64,000 bases of DNA from Dendrobates tinctorius (GCF_039654945.1 NW_027361714.1:24428001-24492000); one strand, 5' to 3'. Positions 28,481 to 42,684 are shown, counted from the first letter of the stretch. Translations and numbers: made by a program. Notes: a model not told the origin generated them from the letters alone.

Positions 28481-28952
28481 GCTTACCCTCCTTGTGGAGT
28501 GTGTCAGTGACTGCCTTCTAGATATTTGTCAAGTCAACAGTCTCCTCCATGATTGTGGAGCCAACTGAAACAGACTAAGGGACCTTTTTAAATGCTTAGG
28601 AAGCCTTAGGAGATGTTTTTTTGTTAATTTTTCTAATTTACTGAGATAATGACTTTTGGGTTTTCATTGGCTGTAAGTCATAATCATCAACATTAACAGA
28701 AATAAACACTTGAAATAGATCACTCTGTTTGTAATGACTATATAATATATGAGTTTCACTTTTTGTATTGAAAAACTGAAATAAAATAACTTTTTGACAA
28801 TATTCTAATTTTGTGAGAAGCACCTGTAATCAGCACTTCTCAATCTAAGGCATAACCATCCCCAAAATAAACACGACCTTTAGGTCAAAAGTTATTCATG
28901 CTCCCATTGAAGTCATTAGTCATTATTATTCAATCAGACCTGGTATACTTAA

Positions 28953-30497
28953 AGGGAACCTGTCAGCAGGATTGGGATCAGTAACCTACACACAGTTTGA
29001 GGTCGGCGCTGTTATTCTGAATACAATGATACCTTGATTGATGAAATCCATCTTGTGGATGTTCTTTAACCCCTTCGTGCCGGAGCCCATTTTCGTTTTT
29101 GCATTTCTGTTTTTCACTCCCCTTCTTCCCAGAGCCACAACTTTTTATTTTTCAGCCAATATGGCCATGTGAGGGCTTATTTTTTGCGGGACAAATTGCT
29201 ACCAAAAAAACGTAATTCTGGTATTTTGAATTCTTTTCTCGCTACGCCGTTTAGTGATCAGGTTAATGCTTTTTTTTATTTATAGATTGGGCGATTCTGA
29301 ACTCGGCGATACCAAAAATGTGTATGTTTGATTTTTCTTATTGTTTTATTTTGAATGGGGCAAAAGGGGGGTGATTTGAACTTTTTTATTCTTTTTAATA
29401 TTTTTTAAAAACTTTTTTTTTTTTTTTACTTTTGGCATGCTTCCACAGTCTCCATGGGAGGCTAGAAGCTGCCATAGAGCGATCAGCTCTGCTACAAAGA
29501 GGTTGCGCTCATAGCAATCTAGCATCAACAACCATAGAGGTCTCAAGGAGACGGGGGTCAGCGGTGAGTGTATTTCCGACCCGACGGCCAGGAGCGCTTG
29601 TTAAATGTCGCTGTCATAGTGTTTGACAAGTGTGACAAACTTTTTACTATTGAGGCTGCCTCTGCAGCATCAAAAGTAAAAAGATATAATGTTAAAATTA
29701 ATTAAAAAAATAAAAAATCGTGAAATTCTCGCCTTCCGGCGTCCCATGCAAGCGTCGCCAGGCCTCAGCGATGCTCCCGGCAAGTCCCATTCCCAGCGAT
29801 GCCTTGCGACAATGACCTTTGACCTTTATTTTTTTTTTTACACAGGGATATGGTACCCAGAGCCTGGAGGAGAATCTCCTCTACTCCACACCGTGGGTAC
29901 CATCCGCACATTTTCCACTTACTTTGCACATGGTGGGCATAGTCACATGCGGAAAGTAAGCCGAACAATGCATTCCTATGTGTGTGGAATTTCCCGCCAT
30001 TCCGCAAAAAGAATGAACATGCTGCGTATTTTTCCAGGATGCGATTCCGACGTGGAAAATCTGCAGCATTAGCACAGCATTGCGGAATCCAATAGGATTG
30101 CATGGGATGCTATTTTTTTGCATTTTTTTGCATTTTCACGTATAAAAAAAGCAGTGAAAAGGCAGAAAAAAACGCTACGTGTGCACACAGCCTAAAGAAG
30201 CATTTTTTTTATTCAGTATGTGTTGATATTCATTATCAAACTGGGGGTAGGTCACTGACTGATCAGTGACCTGTCAGCAGTCTTCATTATGAATACCTAA
30301 GAAGAGCACCACATGAAGACCCCCCCAACAGGCCATCCCAAAGCATGAGAATTTCATTGACACAAAACTGAAAATAAAGATTAAACAACAACCACAAGAT
30401 GGATTTCATCAACCCAGGTATCATTTTATTCAGTATAACGGTGCTGACCTGACACTGTGTGTAGGTTACTGTGCACAATCCTGCTGACGGGTTCCCT
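28953..30497. mobile_element. T2/Kolobok-type MITE with nested piggyBac-like and Harbinger-like fragments
   Basis: TTAA-AGGGAACCTGTCAGCAGGATTG ... CAATCCTGCTGACGGGTTCCCT-TTAA with ~110-bp inverted arms; internal TTAA-CCCCTTC start at about 29065. Confidence 0.75.
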
Positions 30498-31434
30498 TTA
30501 AGAATATTTCTATATCCCAGTACACACTCAGTGATGCTGAGATTGTTTTTTTCATGACACATTGTACATTAAGTCGGAGACTGACTTAGGATGAGGCAGT
30601 GGGAGCCATGATCCTTTTACCTTGGTCTTTGTTCTACCAGTAACATGCAAACCCCTTTTAATTTCCAGTGACAAATGACAGATCTGAGTGGCGGCTTGTT
30701 TTGTTTGGGATAAGTTAGGGTTTTTATTAACATTTTTGGGGTACCTATTATTTTTTGATCGCTTCCAGAATAAGGCTGGGATAACAGTCTTGTGCTCTAT
30801 ACTTAGCACGTACGCCGGGGTTTCCGTATAAATTCCACATAAAAAGCGATTCAGACGAAACATCAGAAGGAGCCTCTCATTATAGTGAGGCAGATGGAGA
30901 TATAAGAGAGAAGGTTCGTTGGATGCAGTGAAGAACCGGAGGCAGAGAAGGGGTTAACAGGATTTACTTGAACAGGTTGTTATCATACAAGGAATACTCC
31001 ACGCAGTATGACAAGATCAGTAACAGCAACAACTGGATTTGCACACAAACGCAATATTTGAGAAAAAGGTGTATGAAAAAGCTAACTTTTCGCTTGCAGT
31101 TCTTATTGGGGAAAGGCTAGAATATCTCCCACCGACATCATAGATCGTGGACAATGTCAGTGCGCTGGAACATAGAAACGTTCCTTTATGTGGATTCCTC
31201 TGGAATGGCGCCGAACATGAACCACAAGCACGCTGTGATCCTCTGAAGTAGTCTCTAGAAACGAAGAAAGTCAAAATGTCTCTCACTGAGGGCAGGAAGA
31301 GCCATCCAGCAAGGAAGGGTCCAATGACAGCTCAGTAGGTACACAGTCAGTTTGCAAGTCAGAACGCTGGGGGATGAATGATGTGGAGTTAGGCGTCGGA
31401 GCAGTGGGGAGGGAGTCAACATTCTCCTTGTTCT

Positions 31435-32714
31435 TGGGTCGCCCCCGTCCCAGGGCTATGGGGTACTCAGTACCGGGACGGTGTCAGGGGGATGTGTCAC
31501 AGCAGCGGTGACCCGGTCCGTGGCCCTGGGCGCCCAATGAAAATGGTGGAATATATAGTTACAGTTTATAAGAATAGTTCGTGACGCCACCTGTGGTGTT
31601 TGGCAAGTGTGATGTTAAGCCAACGCTGCGTGCAGATCCACTGGGACTGATGGTGTGCGCAGCAAAGATGGTAAAGCTCCCCACAGGCGGAGCTGTAGTC
31701 CCAGGGCAGTGTAGATGAAGTGATGGCGGGGAGGCGTAGATGGTGTAGGTACAGGTACTCAGTGTAGCGGTGCGGAATAACTGGAGGACACCAGGGTGTG
31801 CGGTTCCAAAGCTTTACTCACTATTAGCAGTTCACACAACGGCCTGCCTCCGCACTGTGCTCCCCAGGTCAGGGCTCCAGCCAACCTCCAGGCAAGATAG
31901 GATTCTCCTTTCCAGACTCTGCCAACATGTACCTTACTGAACGACTCCTCCAATGCGCCTTTAGGTGCGAAGCACTCCAGTACTTAGTTACCCTGGAATG
32001 CCTCTCTCTAGGTGTTCCTAGTCTCTATTTGTATGACAGACAGCTGTAGCCTGCTTCGGGGAACTCTAGCTCTAGAGTCCCGGCTCACTTTCCAAGTGCT
32101 GTTGTGTCCCAAGTCTATGAGGGGAGCAAGGCGTTAGCGGCTCACTACTCCACCGGTGTCTGTTGCTGGACATAAAGATCCGATCAACCTCGGGGACCGG
32201 GCCCCGACCTATGCGCTCTGGACTGGAAGGGTTCTCTCTCTTTCTCAACCTGCTTCCCACCGTCCTTCTATTCTCCTTCGTTCCGATCTGTTCTATCTCT
32301 CTTCTGGAAGGTTAGGTTATCAGTCTTATCAGTCTCTTTCTCTGTCTTTCCCGTGCCAGCAGCCCAGATCACTGGGACCTGCTGCAGCACGTCCTTCAAA
32401 CATCCATCTTCTTCTCTTCTCTCTCTACACCAACTGACCTACTGTCTGACCTCATCCTCACTCTTCCCACTCTTTTGTATCATCTTACTCCACCCGCCTC
32501 CCAGCACACCTCGTGTTACGAAGCAGGGTTCCACGAGGGGTGCTCTGCTAACCCCCAGCTTGAAGCTGTTAGGTGGCCCCACTGAACTATCCTGTGTGTG
32601 GAATGCAGGTGTGGAGTGTGGTCAGGATTTCCCACCCTACCTGGATGGTGGGGCACTACACCTTAGGAGAAGGTGCAGTACCTCTGTGGCGACTGAAGCC
32701 TCAGGGGCGCCTCA
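31435..32714. mobile_element. Solo LTR (family B) inserted in the 3' LTR of the tRNA-Ser gypsy
   Basis: TGGGTCGCCCC...GGGGCGCCTCA ends; 4-bp TSD TTCT; absent from the sister LTR at about 41080. Confidence 0.85.
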
Positions 32715-34374
32715 TTCTCCTGTCGCCTTTCCGCCAAATCTGCGCCGTTCCCTTGCTTAGTCCCATTTATCTTCCCCACGCCCCCTGCTGTCCAGTGCAA
32801 AGTTCTCTCTTCCCAGAAGAACCTTCCCCGGCAACAGTGGTGACAGTCCCGATAGTTCCGGCCCCGAAGTGCACCGGAAACCGCTGACTCTGTCCCGGCT
32901 CATCTTCTTACACCCCCCTCTCTTTTCACTCGCCATTCCATGGGTGAGGCATCCGGAGAAACATTAGATCGTTGCTTGTCTGTCTTAGCGACTTGTTGCC
33001 AAATAAGCTGATCCTGGTTGTAACGATTGGGGTGTTGTCCAGCCATTGTGTGTTCGGAGCAACATAGATTGGAAGGAATAGTGGAGTCTTCTAGTGGAGG
33101 CAAAGTCCGATCTGTACCTGCCGTAATGTTTTCGTCCAGGGTCCCAGGGCCCTGACTTACAGACATAGATGGCTGCTCAGGACTTTCTTTTCCTTCATCT
33201 TCTACGGTCACGAGAGGCACCACTTCAAGAACCTCAGGTGTTTCTTATTTCAGCCTGGGGTCCTCTGAGAGGCATGGCAGGAGCATACTTCTATGTACCA
33301 CTCTAGTGGGAGCATTCTTTTCTCCTTCCGGATAATCTCGTATATGGGTCCTTCTGCACCGACCCGACACTTCACTCTGTATGGCCTACTCTCCCACCGA
33401 TTTAACAGCTTGTCTCGTGGATGTTTCTCCTGCACCAACACGCGATCACCAACCTAAAGATCTTTCCCCCGCAGAGGGAGCTTCTCAGAGTGCTCCAACT
33501 CCCGGAGCCGAGACTATACTAGACGATGTAAGGTCTGCAGATGGTGGTGTTGTACTTGGACCCAGGTAGACACCCCTGTCTGTGGGTAGTCCTCCCCTGA
33601 ATTCAGCTCCAGTTCCATGACTTCTTTTCCCGCTCAGCCAAACAACAAGTAGGGCACGAGCCAGTGGTTTGATGGGCTCGATTGTTGTAGATCCACACGA
33701 GTTCAGACATAGTGTTCCTATCGTCTTCCAGGGTCCTTAGCATCTGGATTGAGGTACAGTTTAACTGCTCAGATGCCCTGTTTCCCTGAGGGTGGTACGG
33801 TGTGGTATGCAAACTGTCAAACTGATAGATCTGTTGTAACTGATCCATTACTCTTCCCAAGAAACAGGCCCCTTGATCAGAATGGATCCGCTGCAGGCAT
33901 CCATAGACTTGAATGAAATTTTTACAGATGGCATATGCAGCGGACTCAGCCATTTGGTCCCGGGTGGGCGTCACCACCGCAAACTTCATGAAATGATCTA
34001 CCATCACTAGACAGTGGTCGTATCCTTGGTGTGCAGGCCTGATGGTCAAATAGTCGATGGTCAACAGCTCCAGGGGGGCTGATGCCACTATCATTTGAGT
34101 AGGAGCTCTTTGTTCTGGGGATTTGGCCAACTCACAGGCCCAATAAAGTCTAAAAACCTCTTCAACCGCTGCTCTTAGCCGAAGGTGGTAGACAAACCGC
34201 TGTAGCCACTGGAAAGCTTTTTCAAGACCGAAGTGAGCCCCGTTTTCATGAGCTTCAGTGACCACTGTAGACAGCACCGTCTCTGGAATTACCACCTGCC
34301 ATGAGGCTCCCAACTCCTTTTGTAGTTGAACCTTCCGATATAACAGCCCATTTCTTATCTGGAGGCACTCCTAC

Positions 34375-35165
34375 TGCTGGAGTATCTACCACGAAAGCAG
34401 CGGTCGCCACTGTGACCGGGTGCGGGGGGAGTCAGGGGCCCGCAGGTCAGACCATGTTATCTCCCACCCGTGCCGATTCTCATGGGACAGTCCCGTTTTT
34501 GACCCCCCGCATCCCACACTGAGCCACCACCCCCCATGCACCCCATTATCACCCTCCCAGATAGACCGACCGCAGCCTGCAATGAAGTCCTTTTCTGTGT
34601 GCACAGGACCTGTGATGAGGTCACAGGAAGGGAGGAGTCAGGGGTCACATGATCAGGAGCCTCGTTGTCTACAGGACTCTGCTGTGCTGGTTGTCATGAT
34701 GCTGGATGAGGTAAAGTTTCTGTGTGGGGTCAGGAGGGGTTTACAGTGTGGATGTAGCAGAGCTGTGTGTGTAGGAGGTGTACGAAGCGGAGCCGTGTAT
34801 GTAAGAGGTATGTGGAGCCGCGTGTTCATGAGGTGTACAGAGCGGAGCCGCGTGTGTACAAGGTGTACAGAGCGGAGCCACATGTGTACGAGGTGTATGG
34901 AGCAGAGCCGAATGTGTACGAGGTGTACGGAGCGGAGCCGAGTGTGTACGAGGTGTATGGAGTGGAGCCGCATGTGTACGATGTGTACGGAGCAGAGCCG
35001 CGTGTGTACAAGGTGGACGGAGCAGAGCTGCGCGTGTACGAGGTGGACGGAGCGGAGCTGCGTGTGTACAAGGTGAACGGAGCAGAGATGTGCGTGTATT
35101 TTGGCATGGGGTGGCCCCATTTGAAAGTTCGCACCGGGGCCCATAACTTTGTAGTTACGCCACTG
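34375..35165. mobile_element. hAT-like non-autonomous insertion with a 30-bp minisatellite (34780-35095)
   Basis: Right end TAGTTACGCCACTG (CAGTGGCGTAACTA on minus); interrupts gypsy pol; GAGGTGTACGGAGCGGAGCCGCGTGTGTAC repeats. Left end degenerate and no TSD recovered. Confidence 0.6.
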
Positions 35166-36225
35166 GGAGTCAGAGTACTCCGCTTTTCCTGAATAGGCAG
35201 CTTCTTCAGTGTCACCCATTGTCTAAACAGAGCAAGTTCATGATCTTCCTGCTGCAACCGGACCCACTCATACCGAGATCTTCCCAACACTCCTTCATGA
35301 TGGGAGGCCCATATCTGATCCAGCTTGGCCACCACCATACCAGCGGTCTTCTAGAACTGGGAATCATCCTCCCCCTCCAGCATCTCATCTTTACTCTTTC
35401 CAGGTGGTGCATGTCTTACTCTGGATAGGGCGTCGGCATGGGTGTTCTCCGTCCCCTTCTGTAAGCGATTCTATACCGAAACTTCACCATCCTGGCCACC
35501 CAGCACTGTTCCAGAGCCCCTAACTTGGCAATCTCCTGATGCGCTAGCGGATTATTATCGGTGAGCACCAGCACCTCCGAGCCGGACAGGTATTCTGTGC
35601 ATCTCTCTGTCATGACCCACACCAACGCCAGCAATTCCAGCTTGAAGGAACTGTCGTTGTCCGGGTTACGCTCAGAATCGTAAAGGGACCGACTAGCATA
35701 GGCAATCACCCTCTTTTTTTCCCACCCTTCACCTGTGAGAACACAGCCCCAAGTCCGTGCAAGCTTCCGTCGGTATGGAGAAGGAATGGTGTAGAGTAGT
35801 CCGCATAAGCCAGTACCGGAGCTTCAGTCAGTAAGTCCCGAAAAGCCTTCTCCTGCCTTTCCTCCCAATGGATGGATCGACCCTTTGCATTTGGGGCTAC
35901 CCCTTTCAGAAGTTCGAGCAAAGGTTGCACCACACAGGCAAAGTTCTTCAATAAGCGATGATAGTACCCCATCAGACCCAGGAACGCTTGGACATATTTT
36001 ACGGTCTCTGGGGTCGGCCAAACCTGAATCACCACAAATTTCTCACGTGACGGCTTCACTTCCTTGGTGGAAACTACATGACCTAGGTTCTCAATCTGGG
36101 TCCGGAACAAGTGACATTTCTGGGGTTTCACCTTTAGCCCATACTTCTGCAAATGGCTCAGCACTTTCTCTAGTCTCCACAGGTGGTCTTCAAACGACGC
36201 AGCGTATACTATGATGTCATCCAAG

Positions 36226-38359
36226 CAGGGCCATATTTAGAGTTTATGTTGCCCTAGGCACTTTTAGTGCTGCCTCCCCAATTGGTGAGTATGACTAATG
36301 CAGACAAGGTCGACGTGACAGGCTACTTTCACATCAGCGATTTTTGCCATTCACGGCAGATCCGACAGTTTTTGCACATCTGCCGCGTAAGCGGATCACT
36401 TACAGCAACACTGCGTTCGGCCTCATTCATTCCCTATGGGGGAATGAATGAATTTTCGGGTCCCCTTGAGACTCCACCCAGGCTCCACCCCAGCTCCGCC
36501 TCCACTGTCCCACCACCCACTCTTGGAAAAACTCAACTTCTCCACCATGTCCTCACCTATCAGATATTAACAGTTCCCATCAAACACCAGATCACATTCA
36601 CAACCAGCAGCTTTTGTTCTGGGCAAAAGAATTTTTAAGCTGCCACCGTGACACGGTAGACTCTTTTTGGCCAGGCCCTACTCTACTCTAAACTATTAAA
36701 AATAAATATATTTTTATGTATTTTTCTTTAAGGGAATGAGTCACATATATTTTTTTAAATGACCATTAATACCACATACAAGGGACAAATATCGTCACAC
36801 CATGACCAGACCACATAGTGACCAAATAATACAACATACAAGCAATATATACCGCCACACCGTGGCCAGACCACATATTACCACCACATAGTGATTGAAT
36901 ACTACAATACTGATCATTAATGAAAAAACACAATACTAAATGCCATTGTACACAGGAACTCTGTATTTACTGTCAGTGTACAGGTAATACAGTGATCACT
37001 GGTGACATTATACACAGGAGCTCTGTATTTAGTATACAGTGTATAGTGTCAGTGGACAGATATTACAGTGATCACTAGTGACATTATACACAGGACCTCT
37101 GTATATAATGTACAGTGTATAATGTCAGTGTACAGGTAATACAGTGATCACCAGTGACATACACAAGATCTCTGCATAAAGTGTCAGTGTACAGGTAATA
37201 CAGTGATCACCGGTGATAATGTACACAGGAGCTCTGTATATAGTGTCAGTGTACAGATAATACAGTGATCACCAGTGACATTATACACAGGAGCTTTGTA
37301 TAAAGTGTCAGTGTACAAGTAATACAGTGATCACCGGTAATAATGTGCATAGGAGCTCTGTATATAGTATACAGTGTATAGTGTCAGTGTACAGGTAACA
37401 CACTGACTCACCAGTGACGTCTCTAGCTGAAGTCCTTCATCTTTGCTTTTCTTTTTCATCCAGCACAGACTGCCATCACTTCTTCCAGCCAGGACTCGTC
37501 TCTGCATAAAATAACACAGTTACCTTGAGCACAGCTTCCAGAGCACATTCCCCACTTTTTCCCTTTCTTCTACACTACACATCTGAATACAGATATGCAC
37601 AATTAATATATAATTGCTTATTATGCAACCCACCATACCAATTATAAATTATAATCCACCACTGTGCCCCCACTTTCCCCATTTAAAATATCTGATTATT
37701 TTAAGAGTGAGATCAGTGGCCCAAGGTAATTTAACCCTTTCATTAACGCCCTTCGGTGCCCACTTTGATGCCAATTTTTGTTCCAGTTTTAAAGTTTTTG
37801 CAGCTGTTTTTAAGTGTATTCACATCAGGGCACCTCACTGCATTGTATGTTATTATTGTGATGCTTATATTTTGTTGCTAAACCTATAAAAAAGCAGAAA
37901 AGAAAAATTGACGAATAAGAAACTGGACGAATAAGAAACCAACTTCATCTCTGTATAAGAAACTTGATGCATAAGAAACCAACTTCAGCCTCGTACACTC
38001 TCCTCTCACAGATTTACCACAAGCATCAAAACACCAAACCCTCCTGTAATCTCACCAGAATGGCAGGAACCAGAACTCTGCTGCTGGCTGATACCAGAGA
38101 ACAGGAGCTGCACACAACCATGAAGGAGCTGCTGCAGGGAGACCTGAAGGACCTGTGGTGACATCATCATCATGTGATCAGGGGCTGGAGCTGATAAATG
38201 GTGATGAAGGTGCCTACAGCAGCAGCAGGAAGAGTGAGGTGGGTGGGCGGGCCAACCCCTTGGGCCAAAAATGAAAAAAACCTTGCTCAGGTGCTGCCCC
38301 CCCGCATCCTCCCACCCTAGGCACGTGCCCTCAAGTGCCTAGTGGCAAATACGGCCCTG
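36226..38359. mobile_element. Non-autonomous hAT element (8-bp TSD) inserted in the RT active-site codons
   Basis: TIRs CAGGGCCATATTT / AAATACGGCCCTG; TSD CATCCAAG (36218-36225) / CATCCAGG (38360-38367); contains the 70-bp and 62-bp minisatellites. Confidence 0.88.
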
Positions 38360-40440
38360 CATCCAGGTAAATGAGTGTGACATCAATGTTCAAATCACCT
38401 AGGCACACCTCTACATCAGTCGTTGGAACGTACCGGGGGCATTGGCCAGGCCAAATGGCATCCTGTTGAATTCAAAGAGGCCCATAGGTAGTATAAAGGC
38501 CGTCTTCACCCTGTCCTTTTCTGACATGGGCACTTGCCAGTAGCCACTGGTGAGACCCAGCGTTGAGAAGAATTTGGCTTTCCCTAATGCAGACAGAAAT
38601 TCCTCAATCCGGGGTAGAGGGTATGAGTCCTTCACGGTGCAGACATTGAGTTTGCAGTAATCCACACAGAACCTTAGTGTCCCATCCTTCTTCTGCACCA
38701 GCACAATGGGAGCTGCCCACGGACTCTGGCTTTCCCTAATGATGCCCGCCTGTAGCATCTGACTGAGCATCTCTCTCACTTCCTGTTATAACTGAGGGGG
38801 AATTTGCCGGTAACGCTCTCGAATGGGTGCTGTGTCCCCCATTGGTTTCTCGTGAGTGATCGCTGTGGTGCAGCCGAAGTCATCCTCATGATTTGCAAAA
38901 ATGGATTGGTATTGCCCCAGTAGCGCTTCCACTTGTTGTACCTGGGTGGGTGTGAGTTCAGATAGTTCAGCGCGCATCAGTTCCAGCATGCGCTGACCCT
39001 CTTGGATGTATTGAGGTTTGGCTGTCAGAGACATGGTGACTTTTAACCACCACAGGTCTTCTGGATTCACTGCCAACTGTATAATCTGGGGCAGTATGAT
39101 TTCTTCAGGCATGCCCACTATCCACACCACTTCACCCCTCTGTGGGACGACAATTTCCTGATCTGTCAAATTTACGCAGCGTACAAGCACCGTCCCTTTT
39201 TGTACCACAGCCAGTGTTCGGGTCACTAAGAGTCCTGCAGGAAATTGTTCCTTTACCTAGGGTTCCAATTGTACTTCCAGCCCCTCCAGTGGGGCATGTG
39301 ATCGGACGGGCAGGGTCAGTACGGTCTGCCCTGGTGGTAGGGTGAGTTGAGTGGAAGCAGGCACAACCACTTTTCCTAATGTTTCCCCCTGACTAGAGAC
39401 CTCCTGAATCTGAGCTGTATGGATTAACTGTTGAAACACCTGTCGCTGGGGGGTGCAGGCTCCATTGTTTTCAAGCCAAATGATAAGGTTCATCTCTAAG
39501 CAGTTTTCCAAACTCTTTCAGGATATTTATCTCCAGGGTCACGGTATGGTCATGGCCGGCATCCCCCAGGGTCAGCACGATACCCCTCCATCCAAGATCC
39601 TTCCCGCACAATGAGACCTGCATCCACACTACCCCTGTGACCGGGATGGGCAGGTGATTTGACACTGTCAGTTTTACTACCGGGCCCCACTCAGGCCAGA
39701 GAGTCTCTGGGAAGTGTCGTCGAAAATACACTTCTGGCATCGTAGTCACTTGAGACCCATTATCCACCAGGCATTGCATGGCCCGACCATCGAACTCAGC
39801 CCAGACCAGCGGGCATGTAGACACCAGATTTGTGGGACTTTCACTACTCCTTCCTTTCCATTCTGGCTCCGGGCGACGTCCCTCAGGTTTGAAACCCTCT
39901 AGCTTAACGGGCGGCACGGCTGGGGCCCGGCCCTTCGTGGACATTCCTTAGCCATATGTCCTACTTCTCCGCAGTTATAACAAGTGAAGGGCCTCTGTCG
40001 GCGGAAATTTCTGGCCTCGTTATGGACATCTGCTTCACTTTGGCTCCCAGCGGCATACTGGCTGGCTTCAACTTTCTCCTTCACCTGAGCCAATTCCCCT
40101 TGAATATTCAACAGCTCTTTTCTCATCTCTTCAACCCATTGGGGTTCAGCAAATATCTGCACTGTTGCTTCACCACTCTTGACCTTCCCTATCATGGTCT
40201 TGGGGGGTTTGCAGCATCAGGGAGTCCCAAGCCTCTCCATCCAAAGGCATAATAGCCACCTCAGCCTCGAGCAGTGGGGTCATAGGGTGCATTCTCATCA
40301 TACCCCTCATGCGCTCAGTCCAACTCCACAAAATAGTATTGGACCCCGTAAATTTCGGCAAGTGACTCAGCATGGCCCCTAGAGAGATACTGGTTCTGGG
40401 CCCAGCTGCCCGTTCTGACATTTCTGTGCTATTAGACTGC

Positions 40441-40458
40441 ATCCTGCCGACTACGGCA
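40441..40458 (-). promoter_or_regulatory. Primer-binding site complementary to the tRNA-Ser 3' end
   Basis: Plus strand ATCCTGCCGACTACGGCA matches the vertebrate tRNA-Ser(AGA) 3' end ATCCTGCCGACTACGCCA at 17/18 positions, 2 nt from the 5' LTR. Confidence 0.85.
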
Positions 40459-41494
40459 AATGTAAGAGGGGAAGGTTCATTGGATACAGTGAAGAGCCAG
40501 AGGCAGAGAAGGGGTTAACAGGATTTACTAGAACAGGTTATTACCTTACAAGGAATACTCCACGCAGGGAGACGAGATCAGTAATGGCAACAACAGGATT
40601 TGCATACAAACACAATATTTAAGGAAAGGTGTACGAAAAAGATAACTTATCACTTGCAGTTCTTGTTGGGGAAAGGCTGAAATATCTCCTGCCGACAACA
40701 TAGATCGTGGACAATGTCTCTGGCTCTTTTACGGAGGAATGAAAAGCACCATCTCCTGACTGTGCCGATGTATCAGGTCCCACTTGGCTTGAGTGCGCTG
40801 GAATGTAGAAACATTCCTTTATGTGGATTCCTCGGGAATGGCGCCAAACATGAACAGCATGCACGCTCGCAGGCTGTGGCAGCGTGTGATTCTTTGAAGT
40901 AGTCTCTAGGAATGGAGCCAATCAGATTGTCTCTCACTGTGGGCGGGAAGGAACCATCCAGCAAGGAAGGGTCCGAAGACAGCTCAGTAGGTATGCAGTC
41001 TGTTTGCAAGTCAGAACTCTGGGGGATGAATGACGTGGAGTTAGCCATCGGAGCAGTGGGGAGGGAGTCAACCTTCTCCTTGTTCTCCTGTTGCCTTCCT
41101 GGCAAATCTCCCCCTTTCCCGTGCTCAGTCCCTTTTATCTCCCCCACACTGACTCTGTCCCGACTCATCTTCTTACAGAGACACTTTGGAGTCCGTTTGA
41201 ATCTGCTCCGGTGGTATCCATCTTTATAGACGTGCACAGAACTGTGGTCAGCCACACTTGTGTGTCTGTTCCACCTTTATAAACGTGCACAGAACTGTGA
41301 TCAGCCACACTTGTGTATCGGAACAGAGATGGGACAGATTCCAAAGAGATTGAATCTGCCTCATACATGTTTGGTTCGATCCAGGGTTATTTCTGAAGCA
41401 TGTTTTTTGAGATTTACATGGAAACCCCGATCTAAGTGCTCAGCGGAGAGCACAGGATAAACATGAAATTAGCTTTATGCTGATTTTTAGGAAT

Positions 41495-42083
41495 ACATTT
41501 GGGGAGGAATTTTTTAAAATAAAATGATGGTGCATCTTATACTCCACTTTTATAGTAGCTTACTTGGGGAAGGGGGCTGCAGTGGAGCGGGGTCACAGGA
41601 GATAAGGTCACTGCTGCAGGAAGCTGGTGGCAGCAGCAGGAGTGGGGCAATGCTGTGGGCCCTGGGCTGGGAAGTGGAGGTTTTTGGTGGATCGAGGCCG
41701 CGGTGTGCTCCATGCTTTCAGGAAATGTCAGCAAAGTCCCTGCACCTCCTATCCTTTTCACTGGGGAGTGCTTTGGGAAAATGGCCGCCAGAGGTGGGGC
41801 ATGCGCAAGTTGAGGTCTCCGGTGGCCATTTTCCCAAATTCCTCCAGTGAAAAGGATGGAAAGTGCAGGGACTCTGCTGACTCCGCCAACATTTTCATAA
41901 AGCCTGGAGCCAGCTACAGTCTGTCATCGCCGAACACTTCCTGCTTCCTGCAGCAGTGACCCTGCCTCCTGGTACCTTGTCCACCAGAATCATCCCACTC
42001 CCCCAGTAAACTACATTCAGATTATAAGATGCACCCCCATTTTCCTGGGGAAAAAACTGTGTCTTATAATCTGAAACATACGG
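41495..42083. mobile_element. pogo/Tc2-like MITE remnant
   Basis: Right end GTCTTATAATCTGAAACATACGG-TA (CCGTA-type terminus); ATAAGATGCACC motif and its inverse near 41530. Confidence 0.5.
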
Positions 42084-42486
42084 TAACTTTTTTCAGTTTT
42101 CCACTTAATTCCACTGAATATTTTTTACTTTGATTGCTGGTCTTATGCATTGCAGTACTTGTACTTGCATTACTGCAGTGCCTGAGACCTGTCAGTGTTT
42201 CACTGACAGGGCCTGTTAGACTCTGCTTATAGCTGGGTCTAATATGCAATCTTATGCTGGGGTTATCATATTATAATCGTGGGTGGGTGATCCTGTCAAA
42301 GGGGGTCTTTTAACCCCTTTTAACCACTTAGATGCCACTGTCACACAACAGTATTTATGGCGTTACTTGGAACCGATTGGTAAGAATACAGCCTTGGCCG
42401 ATGTGTTAGCTATCATGTACAGCTGTCACCCGCGGGAATCTTGCCCACGGGGAGCACTATTTACTTATTCCCTATTGCAGTTATTA

Positions 42487-42684
42487 CAGTGGGGGAAAAA
42501 GTATTTAGTCAGCCACCAATTGTGCAAGTTTTCCCACTTAAAAAGATGAGAGAGGCCTGTAATTGACATTATAGGTAGACCACAACTATGAAAGTCAAAA
42601 TCAGAAAACAAATCCAGAAAATCACCTTGTCTGATTTGGCAAGATTTATTTTTCAAATTATGGTGGAAAATAAGTATTTGGTCA
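42487..42684 (+). mobile_element. Isolated Tc1 long TIR
   Basis: TA-CAGTGGGGGAAAAAGTATTTAGTCAGCC...; reverse complement of 4208-4406. Confidence 0.85.

Larger units (their letters stand above)
25771..28826 (-). mobile_element. Decayed Tc1 element (minus strand) with nested insertions
   Basis: ORFs 26543-26827 (SGRKKCGRKRCTS) and 25962-26324 (QQDLAPVH, WPANSPDLNPIENLW, AKGAPTKY); terminus ...GAAGCACCTG-TA at 28826; long inverted repeats 25771-25875 / 28635-28745. Confidence 0.88.
32930..40442 (-). pseudogene. gag-pol of the tRNA-Ser gypsy (fragmented)
   Basis: ORF pieces 40170-40442, 39899-40195, 39471-39944, 38786-39226, 38411-38779, 35706-36224, 35416-35709, 33603-34313 and 33250-33441. 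Confidence 0.9.
30901..41177 (-). mobile_element. Ty3/gypsy LTR retrotransposon, tRNA-Ser primed, decayed, with three nested insertions
   Basis: LTRs 30901-32912 and 40461-41177 (T[A/G]TAAGAG...TTCTTACA); 4-bp TSD GAGA; PPT 32913-32927; gag CYNCGEVGHMAKEC, protease LVDNGSQV, RT, RH (TDGS) and IN (HSDQG, PYHPQGN). Confidence 0.92.

Noticed and set aside
34420-35338. Overlapping 140-220 aa repetitive ORFs on both strands
   Set aside because: By-product of a stop-poor 30-bp minisatellite inside a non-autonomous insertion.
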